Below, piece by piece: positions 57,628 to 64,000 of a stretch of DNA of 64,000 nt. Position 1 is the first letter of the stretch, and each line of letters begins with the position of its first letter. Position numbers and translations under genes: made by a program. This stretch comes from an uncultured Acidobacteriota bacterium. GTDB lineage: Bacteria; Acidobacteriota; Thermoanaerobaculia; Multivoradales; UBA5704. Under the pieces are notes generated by a model that was not told the DNA's origin, ran no database searches, and saw nothing but the letters and a program-made list of their open reading frames with translations. Location of the stretch: positions 1,602,262 through 1,666,261 of the forward strand of contig CAWCIU010000018.1 of the NCBI GenBank assembly GCA_963795735.1, read 5' to 3'.

Positions 57628-59532
57628 ATGTCGGAGCGGAGTGCAGGTGTATCGAGGCAGCAGCGGCGGGCGGAGGAGAGGAAGGGGCGCAAGGCGTCGC
57701 GGCGGGCGGCGTTCGCCTCGGGCGCCGCGCTGAGCCTGGGGGCGGCGCTCGCGGGACAGCCCGCGCAGGCCGCTACGTTCCTGGTCAGCAATCTCAACGA
57801 CGCCGGGCCGGGGAGCCTGCGCCAGGCGGTCGCCGACGCCGAGGCGGCCACAGGGCCGGACGTCGTCCAGTTCCAGGCCGGCCTGACCGGCACGATCACC
57901 CTGACGACAGGGGAGATCGGCATCAAGGACTCCGTCGACATCCAGGGTCCGGGCACCTCGGTGATCTCGGTCAGCGGCAACGATGCCTCCCGCATCTTCT
58001 ATCTCTACAACTCCTCCAACCCGGCGCCCAGCGTCAGCATCTCCGGGCTGACGCTGACCCACGGCAAGGCCGGCAAGGGAAATGGCGGCGCCGTCAGCGA
58101 CCGCGGCGAAAGCTTGACGCTCGACAACGTGGCAGTCACCAGCAGCATGGCGAACGATGGCGGCGGCGTCTTCCTGGCCGCCGCGGACGGCGGCGGCCCC
58201 TTCTCGCTGACGATCCAGAACTCCGTGCTGTCGGGCAACACCGCTGTCAGCGGAGGCGCCATCTATGCTTATTACACCACTGGACCGGTGCTCATCCAGC
58301 ACACCCAGATCACCGGCAACAACGCGACGAACAAGGGCGGCGGAGTCGCTTTCGACAGAATCAATGGCGACGTCACGATCGACCAGTCCACGATCTCCGG
58401 CAATACGGCGGGGAAAGGTGGCGGCGGCATCTATCTGTATGACACCAACGCCGGGACCTTCACCGTCCAGAATTCGACGGTGTCCGGCAACAATGCCAAG
58501 AACGGGGCCGGTATCTATCTCTATAGCCCGGACAATCCGGTGGTAATCGAGAATTCGACGATCTCGGGCAACACCGCTTCGAACCAGGGTGGTGGGCTGA
58601 ACGTGCATTACGTCAGTGCCACAGTGGACGTGCGCCACTCGACGATCGCCGCCAACTCCGCGGCCAACGCGGGCGGCGGCATCTACCTGTACCAGGACTC
58701 GATCAACCTCGACCAGACGATCGTGGCGGACAACACGGTCGGCGGCTCCGCCGGCGATCTGGACGGCGGCGGCACCTTCAACGCCCGCTACAGCCTGATC
58801 GAAGCCCCAAGCACCGCAAATATCACCGACAATGGCGGCAACGTCTTCAACAAGGACCCGCAGCTCGGCCCCCTGGCGGACAACGGCGGCCCCACCCAGA
58901 CGCAGCTCCCGGCGGCGACGAGCCCGGCGGTCAATGCCGGCGATCCCGCCTTCACCCCGCCGCCCGCCACCGACCAGCGCGGAGTCGACTTCCCGCGCGT
59001 GGCCGATGTCCGGATCGACATCGGCGCCGTCGAGCGGCAGCCGGAGATCGCCGCCGTGCCGACGCTCGGCGACGCCGGCAAGGTGCTCTTCGCGGGTCTC
59101 TGCGCGCTCGCCGCCGTGGCCCTGCTGCGCCGCCGCAAGCTCGTCGTTCCGGCCGTGCTGCTCAGCCTGGCGGTCGGCGGCGCCGGAGCGGCCCAGGCGG
59201 CTCCCCTGCGGCCCCACCACTCCGCGGGCACCCGGGAGGTCCGCGCCGCGGTCCTGGCCGAGGTGAAGACCTCCGGCGGGCAGGTGACCCTCCGGCTGGC
59301 GGACGGCACGACGGTCGCCGTCTCCGGCGCGCTGGTCCAACTGACCGACCACCGCCGCCACGTCAATCATCACGCGCCCGCTCCGCTCCCCGGCCTCGCC
59401 GCCCTGCCCGCCGGCCAGCCGGTCGTCCTCAAGGTCAAGCAGGCGGCCGACGGATCGGTGAAGAAGGTCCGGGTGGTGGTCTGCGACACCACGGAGCAGG
59501 CCCAGGCCCTGGCGTCGCGCGCTTCGCAGTAA
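57628..59532 (+). CDS. Secreted right-handed beta-helix (PMP/choice-of-anchor-Q-like GGxIY repeat) protein with an internal PEP/IPTL-CTERM-like segment and a C-terminal extension.
   Basis: Start MSERSAGVSRQQRRAEERKGRKASRRAAFASGAALSLGAALAGQPAQA, with GGAGG 8 nt upstream. Repeats include GGAIYAY, GGGVAFD, GGGGIYLY, GAGIYLY, GGGLNVH and GGGIYLY. A sorting-signal-like segment follows (VPTLGDAGKVLFAGLCALAAVALLRRRK), then about 130 more residues. Confidence 0.6.
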   Translation: MSERSAGVSRQQRRAEERKGRKASRRAAFASGAALSLGAALAGQPAQAATFLVSNLNDAGPGSLRQAVADAEAATGPDVVQFQAGLTGTITLTTGEIGIKDSVDIQGPGTSVISVSGNDASRIFYLYNSSNPAPSVSISGLTLTHGKAGKGNGGAVSDRGESLTLDNVAVTSSMANDGGGVFLAAADGGGPFSLTIQNSVLSGNTAVSGGAIYAYYTTGPVLIQHTQITGNNATNKGGGVAFDRINGDVTIDQSTISGNTAGKGGGGIYLYDTNAGTFTVQNSTVSGNNAKNGAGIYLYSPDNPVVIENSTISGNTASNQGGGLNVHYVSATVDVRHSTIAANSAANAGGGIYLYQDSINLDQTIVADNTVGGSAGDLDGGGTFNARYSLIEAPSTANITDNGGNVFNKDPQLGPLADNGGPTQTQLPAATSPAVNAGDPAFTPPPATDQRGVDFPRVADVRIDIGAVERQPEIAAVPTLGDAGKVLFAGLCALAAVALLRRRKLVVPAVLLSLAVGGAGAAQAAPLRPHHSAGTREVRAAVLAEVKTSGGQVTLRLADGTTVAVSGALVQLTDHRRHVNHHAPAPLPGLAALPAGQPVVLKVKQAADGSVKKVRVVVCDTTEQAQALASRASQ

Positions 59533-59569
59533 AGAGTGTTCTTCGAGGGCGGCCCCCCGCAGGGCCGCC

Positions 59570-60304
59570 CTACGTTTCTCCTCCCCTGAACGTCTCCTCA
59601 CCCCTGAACATCCGGGCCGCCTCAACCGCTCCCAGCTCCAGCTCCCACGGCCCCCGCCGGGTCGGCTCCCGCAGGGCCCGCTTCAGGGCGGCGAGGAAGC
59701 GGGAGCGCCGCCACTCCACCGCGCCGAAGCTCGCCAGGTGGTCGGTGTAGGCCTGGCAGTCGACCATCGTGAAACCCCAGCGGATCAGGTTGGCCAGCAG
59801 GGTGGCAAAGGCCACCTTGGAGGCATTCGGCGCCTCGGCGTACATCGACTCGCCGAAGAAGACGCCCCCCAGCGAGATCCCGTAGAGGCCGCCGGCGAGC
59901 CGTCCATCCCGCCAGGCCTCGATCGAGTGGGCGAGGCCCTCCGCGTGCAGCGCGGTGTAGCCGGCGATCATCTCCTCGCTGATCCAGGTGCCGTCCTGGC
60001 CCGGCCGCGGCCGCGCCGCGCAGCCGCGGATCACCGCCTCGAACGCCGTATCGGCCCGGATCCCGAAGACGCCGCGCCGCATCTCCTTGCGCAGCGAGCG
60101 CGAGACGTGCGCCTCGCCCGGCGCCAGCACGAAGCGGGGATCGGGAGAGAACCAGAGGAGCGGCAGATCCTGGTGCGGCCAGGGGAAGATCCCCCGCGAG
60201 TAGGCGGACTTGAGGGTCTCCGCGTCGGGCTTCCCGCCCACCGCGACGACGCCCTCGGGGGAGGCCCAGCTCACGGGGGGGAACAAAAGGGGCCGGCGGA
60301 AGGG
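59570..60304 (-). CDS. aat: Leucyl/phenylalanyl-tRNA--protein transferase.
   Basis: MPFRRPLLFPPVSWASPEGVVAVGGKPDAETLKSAYSRGIFPWPHQDLPLLWFSPDPRFVL…AHSIEAWRDGRLAGGLYGISLGGVFFGESMYAEAPNASKVAFATL aligns with E. coli Aat, recalled from memory. This is an internal start of ORF 59570-60769. Confidence 0.8.
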   Translation of the reverse strand, partial: PFRRPLLFPPVSWASPEGVVAVGGKPDAETLKSAYSRGIFPWPHQDLPLLWFSPDPRFVLAPGEAHVSRSLRKEMRRGVFGIRADTAFEAVIRGCAARPRPGQDGTWISEEMIAGYTALHAEGLAHSIEAWRDGRLAGGLYGISLGGVFFGESMYAEAPNASKVAFATLLANLIRWGFTMVDCQAYTDHLASFGAVEWRRSRFLAALKRALREPTRRGPWELELGAVEAARMFRGEETFRGGET

Positions 60305-60466
60305 CATTTCCGCAGGGTATGCGGTTTTTCGGTTTTTCTCCATCAGGACAATCGGGAGCCACCGGGATCCATCGCGGGCCGCATGGCAGCGGCCTTGCTT
60401 CCCTGACACCGGCATGAAGGCGTGAGGCTCTCTCGCGTCTCTCCCGGAAGCGACAGGAGGTGCACC

Positions 60467-61141
60467 TTGGCTCTGATCGATACGATCCAGCAACAGCTCG
60501 ACGACAGAACGGTCTCCCAGCTCAGCCAGCAGCTCGGAGCGGACCCGGAAACCACGCGGCAGGCCGTGCCCGCCGCGCTCACCGCCATCCTGGGCGGGCT
60601 CTCCCAGAACGCCCAGCAGCCCGGCGGCGCGCAGCAGCTCGAGAACGTCCTGACGGACCATGCCGGCGGCGGCCTCATGGACAGCCTCGGGGGTCTCGGC
60701 GGGCTCCTGGGGGGCGGCTCCGCCAGCTCTCAGGGCGGCGGCATCCTCAGCCACATCTTCGGCAACCACCAGCCGGCGGTGGCCTCCCAGGTCGGCCAGT
60801 CCACGGGGCTCAACTCGGGGCAGGCGGGGCGTCTCCTGATCCTGCTCGCGCCGTTCGTCCTCAGCTACCTCGCCAAGCAGCGCCAGCAGCAGCAGGTGCC
60901 GGTCAACACCGGAGCCGGCGCGGGCTACGCCCCGGCGGGCGGTGGGGCGATGGATGGTGGAATGACGGGGGGTGGAATGGGGGGTGGAATGACCGGCGGC
61001 GGCTCAGGGGGCGGAGTGATGGGGAGCATCACCGACATCCTCAACGGCGAGCGCCAGCGGATCGACCAGACCCACCCGCAGCACTCCGGCCTGTTCGACA
61101 TCCTCGGCAACCTGGCCGGCGGACTCCTCGGCGGCCGCTAG
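60467..61141 (+). CDS. DUF937 (YidB-like) domain protein with a Gly/Met-rich low-complexity C-terminal tail.
   Basis: Probable TTG start with GGAGG upstream. LIDTIQQQLDDRTVSQLSQQLGADPETTRQAVPAALTAILGGLSQNA is a DUF937-like N-terminus. Confidence 0.5.
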   Translation: MALIDTIQQQLDDRTVSQLSQQLGADPETTRQAVPAALTAILGGLSQNAQQPGGAQQLENVLTDHAGGGLMDSLGGLGGLLGGGSASSQGGGILSHIFGNHQPAVASQVGQSTGLNSGQAGRLLILLAPFVLSYLAKQRQQQQVPVNTGAGAGYAPAGGGAMDGGMTGGGMGGGMTGGGSGGGVMGSITDILNGERQRIDQTHPQHSGLFDILGNLAGGLLGGR

Positions 61142-61304
61142 CCCCCTCCCCAGCCGGTGGGTTCCCCGGGCGGTGGCTTCCCCGGACGGAATCCGCCGGC
61201 TCCGATCGGATACACTGGTCCCGCGGCAAACCAGAAGCATCCCAAGCATCGTAGATGAAAGCGTGGCCTCGCTGCGGGGCCGCCCATCCCTCTGGAGCCC
61301 CGGC

Positions 61305-63422
61305 ATGCCCTTTCCTCCGCCAAGCCCCACCCCGACGTTCCCCTACCAGGTCGAGGCCCGCGTCGGCGAGGGGGCGATGGGCGTCGTCTACCGCGCCGTC
61401 GAGCCGGTGCTGGAGCGGCGGGTGGCGATCAAGTCGCTCCGCCTCCAGTTGCTGGCCGGCCAGGAGCCCGAGGTGGTCCGCGAGTACCGGCTGCGCTTCC
61501 TGCAGGAGGCGCGGGCGGTGGCCACCCTGTCGCATCCGGGCGCCACCACCCTCTATCGCATCGGCGAGGAGGAGGGCACGCCGTACATCGCCATGGAGTG
61601 GCTGGAGGGGAGGACCCTGGAGGCGGTGCTCGAGGAGGAGGGAAAGCTGCCGCCGGAGCGGGCGGCGCGCCTGATCCTCGACCTCCTGGGCACGCTCGAC
61701 GCCGCCCACCGGTGCGGCATCGTGCACCGGGACGTCAAGCCCGCGAACCTGGTGCTGCTGGACGACGGCCGGCTCAAGGTGACCGACTTCGGCATCGCCC
61801 GCCTCCAGGGCTCGGACCTGGTGAAGACCCAGGCCGGCTTCGTCTTCGCCACCCCCCGCTTCGCCTCGCCCGAGCAGCTCCGCGGCGAGGACGTGGACGG
61901 CCGCGCCGACCTCTTCGCGGTCGGCATCCTCCTCTTCCACCTGCTGACCGGCCGCTTCCCCTTCTCCGGCACCGACTTCCTCCAGGTGGCGAGCGCGGTG
62001 TTCCGCGATCCGCCGGTGCCCCTGCGGTCGATCGACCCCGCGATCTCCCCCGCCCTCGCCACCGTGGTCGAGAAGGCGCTGGCCAAGGACCGCGAGGGGC
62101 GCTACCGCACCGCCGCCGAGATGGCCACGGCGCTGGAGGCGGCGATCCGCTCTGCGGCGGCGACCGCCGCCTCCTCTACCGATGCCACGCGGGCCTTCCG
62201 GCAGGCTCCCCCGCTCCCCATGGAAGCTCCCGCCGCCTCCCTGCGCGACCTCCCCACCGAGATCTTCCGCGCCGCCGTGGCCGCCTTCCGGAGCTGGCCG
62301 GCGCGGGACCTCGGCGAGCAGCCCTCCCGCGGCCTGCTCGACCGCCTGCTCGACCGCCCCCTCCACGCCCCCGCCTTCGCCGGCGCCGCCCTGCTCGACG
62401 CCTCCTGGCTGCTGCTGGCCGACGGCCGGGTGCTGGGAGCGGTCGATGGCCGCACGGGGGAGATCGGGGACGGCGTCGTCGAGGCGCTCCCCGAGCGCGC
62501 GCCGGCGGTGCTCTACCCGGTTCCGGCGGAGCTCGGGGCGGGCTGCGTGCGCGGCCTCGCCTCCCTGCTCCACCCGCCGCGCCTGCGCCACGAGGGGCTC
62601 GACTCCTCGTTCGTCAACCTCCCCGCCCTGGCCGGCAAGCTGCTCGAGGAGCGCTTCGACGGGGCGATGCGGCTGCGGCGCAGCGACGCGCTGGGGACGG
62701 TGATCTTCGACCAGGGCCGCCCCGTCCTCTCTCTCTACTCCAAGGGGTGGGACGGGGTGCCGGTCGAGCGCCCGTGGGACGAGTGGGTGTCGGGCCTGGC
62801 GCTGCGGGCCGATGTCGAGGAGCGGCGCGAGGTCCCCGGCTTCGTCTCCTTCCAGCGCGAGCTGCGCAACGTGGAGATGGACGTCTCGCGCGGCGTGCCC
62901 GCCGCCTCCGGCCTGCTGGCGGAGGACCCGGTCTACCGCTTCCTGCGCTGGAGCCTGGCGGACCTGCCCTCCTTCTTCCGCGACCGCGAGCGCACGGCGC
63001 GCTGGAAGTACCTCGCCGAGTGGCTGGGCGACGTGCGCCGGGCGGCCTTCCACCACGACCTGCCGCGCACCGGCGCCCCCACCACCGACTTCTTCGATCT
63101 CGCCACCTTCGGCGAGGTCTTCGGCGAGACCGGCCGCGTGCTCCACCTCGCCCGGCGGGTGGTCCATGCCACCCCCGAGGTCCTGGCCCGCTTCCGCGAC
63201 GACGTGGTCCAGGCGAAGACCGCGCGCCTCAAGACGGGGGACATCGGCGGCGCCTTCCTGATCGCCCGCCGCTTCGATCCGGAGACGATCGAAGCCTGGC
63301 GCGGCGAGAAGCCCGAGTCCTTCACCGGCTACGAGGGCTTCGTGCGCGTGGGTCCCCGCCGCGGCTTCCACCTCCTGCTGGTCGAGGAGACGGAGAGTGG
63401 GTTTTTGCCGGTGTTGAGTTAG
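61305..63422 (+). CDS. Ser/Thr protein kinase with a C-terminal uncharacterised domain of about 450 aa.
   Basis: YQVEARVGEGAMGVVYRAVEPVLERRVAIKSL (Gly loop and VAIK), HRDVKPANLVLL, VTDFGIA and SPEQL motifs. Confidence 0.8.
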   Translation: MPFPPPSPTPTFPYQVEARVGEGAMGVVYRAVEPVLERRVAIKSLRLQLLAGQEPEVVREYRLRFLQEARAVATLSHPGATTLYRIGEEEGTPYIAMEWLEGRTLEAVLEEEGKLPPERAARLILDLLGTLDAAHRCGIVHRDVKPANLVLLDDGRLKVTDFGIARLQGSDLVKTQAGFVFATPRFASPEQLRGEDVDGRADLFAVGILLFHLLTGRFPFSGTDFLQVASAVFRDPPVPLRSIDPAISPALATVVEKALAKDREGRYRTAAEMATALEAAIRSAAATAASSTDATRAFRQAPPLPMEAPAASLRDLPTEIFRAAVAAFRSWPARDLGEQPSRGLLDRLLDRPLHAPAFAGAALLDASWLLLADGRVLGAVDGRTGEIGDGVVEALPERAPAVLYPVPAELGAGCVRGLASLLHPPRLRHEGLDSSFVNLPALAGKLLEERFDGAMRLRRSDALGTVIFDQGRPVLSLYSKGWDGVPVERPWDEWVSGLALRADVEERREVPGFVSFQRELRNVEMDVSRGVPAASGLLAEDPVYRFLRWSLADLPSFFRDRERTARWKYLAEWLGDVRRAAFHHDLPRTGAPTTDFFDLATFGEVFGETGRVLHLARRVVHATPEVLARFRDDVVQAKTARLKTGDIGGAFLIARRFDPETIEAWRGEKPESFTGYEGFVRVGPRRGFHLLLVEETESGFLPVLS

Positions 63423-63435
63423 AAGGGAAAAAGGG

Positions 63436-63537
63436 ACCCAAGGGACTGCAGGGACAGCAGGGACAGCAGGGACCAAAAACGAAAGATCCCCCACTGGAGA
63501 GTTTCTCTGTCTCTCCCTGATGTCCCTTTCGTCCCTT
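63436..63537. terminator. Long imperfect inverted repeat between convergent genes (putative bidirectional terminator or structured element), with an internal cagggacag x3 tandem.
   Basis: The left arm aagggaaaaagggacccaagggac pairs with the right arm gtcccttgggtccctttgtccc, which share a 14-bp perfect core gggacccaagggac/gtcccttgggtccc. The loop is about 64 nt and contains a ggagag…ctctcc mini-hairpin. Confidence 0.4.
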
Positions 63538-63567
63538 GGGTCCCTTTGTCCCTTCCCGCCCCAGCTC

Positions 63568-63942
63568 CTACAGCTTCTCCGCCACGCCGCGCTCGATCTC
63601 CATCAGGTCGAGCTGCGCCCGCGCCAGGTTGGCGCGGTGGCGGTCGAGGGCGAGGAGGAGGAAGTGGCCGCCGGCGCCGGCCGGGCGGGCCAGCCAGTAG
63701 CGGTCCGGGGTGGTGACCAGCAGCTCCTGGAGGGGCTCGCCGAGCCCGCGGTCGCGCAGCAGGCGGGCCGCCGCCTCCGCCATCGCCGGACCGTGGTCCT
63801 CTCCCGCGGCGGCGATGACGCCGCCGGCGGCGTCGACCAGCAGGATCGCCTCCGCCCCCTTCATCCCCTTGCCCCGCTTCAGGCTCTCGCCGAGCCGGCG
63901 GCTCAGCTCCGCGGACGCCTCCGGCGCGGGGGGGACCTTCAC
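63568..63942 (-). CDS. Roadblock/LC7 (MglB-like) domain protein; the 5' end may extend beyond the window.
   Basis: MKGAEAILLVDAAGGVIAAAGEDHGPAMAEAAARLL…GHFLLLALDRHRANLARAQLDLMEIE is a roadblock fold signature. The frame is open from the window edge to the GTG at 63942. Confidence 0.55.
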   Translation of the reverse strand: MKVPPAPEASAELSRRLGESLKRGKGMKGAEAILLVDAAGGVIAAAGEDHGPAMAEAAARLLRDRGLGEPLQELLVTTPDRYWLARPAGAGGHFLLLALDRHRANLARAQLDLMEIERGVAEKL

Positions 63943-64000
63943 CGCCCTGTCCTCCAGGAGCTCGTCGAGGTCCGGATCGGCCGCCGCCGGCTCGCGCTCC

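Noticed and set aside
1-64000. Insertion sequences, transposases, integrases and phage genes.
   Set aside because: No DDE transposase, tyrosine or serine recombinase, or phage structural motifs were recognised in any frame. Mobility signals are limited to the direct and palindromic repeats and the low-GC islands.

Overview
This is a 64 kb, high-GC (roughly 65-70%) bacterial chromosomal segment. It has two low-GC islands and many overlapping shadow ORFs on the opposite strand. The protein repertoire looks like a Gram-negative environmental bacterium, possibly Acidobacteriota or Myxococcota. The features behind that guess are tandem BNR propeller proteins, a fused membrane/spermidine-synthase, a PEP/IPTL-CTERM-like motif, a roadblock/LC7 protein next to a Ser/Thr kinase, and SLH domains. 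The taxon is an inference only.

Bases 1 to about 23.5 kb form an accessory region. It contains:
- the 5' part of an efflux membrane-fusion-protein gene
- a small Cys-rich secreted peptide
- a low-GC islet of immunity-like genes (DUF1311/LprI-like, an acidic 95-aa protein, a small membrane protein)
- a 1838-aa Rhs/YD-repeat toxin with three internal SLH domains, its lipoprotein immunity gene, and a downstream orphan Rhs C-terminal toxin cassette with a paralogous lipoprotein immunity gene
- a secreted hypothetical protein
- a vapBC toxin-antitoxin pair
- a low-GC three-gene cassette of unknown function (5-TM protein, TM + HlyD-like adaptor fragment, double zinc-ribbon protein)
- a 1.3 kb repeat-rich non-coding stretch, with a 12-mer inverted motif array and a cluster of GGGGAA/TTCCCC palindromes
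- a duplicated 3' fragment of an M20 amidohydrolase gene plus a 45-bp palindromic element that together bracket a B12-binding protein and an ABM-PAS histidine kinase
- the full-length but frameshifted M20 amidohydrolase gene
- a 21-bp x 12 tandem repeat array
- two more small Cys-rich secreted peptides, one of them Kazal-like

Bases 23.5 to 64 kb look like core genome. They contain a hybrid sensor kinase, a creBC-like two-component system, a TPR-CHAT protein, an ECF sigma factor with a zf-HC2 anti-sigma factor, a YdjM-like hydrolase, an aldo/keto reductase, an M1 aminopeptidase, a fused membrane/spermidine synthase, two BNR-repeat paralogs, potABCD, lspA, msrA, a GGDEF protein, an ABC exporter pair, a Tat-secreted amidase, a YkgJ protein, a beta-helix PMP-like protein, aat, a DUF937 protein, a Ser/Thr kinase and a roadblock/LC7 protein.

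I found no rRNA, tRNA, CRISPR array or transposase. At least nine genes carry single-nucleotide frameshifts, mostly at homopolymers, or an in-frame stop. Assembly indel errors are more likely than true pseudogenes. All coordinates are derived from the ORF track plus residue offsets, and internal start positions may be off by a codon or so.
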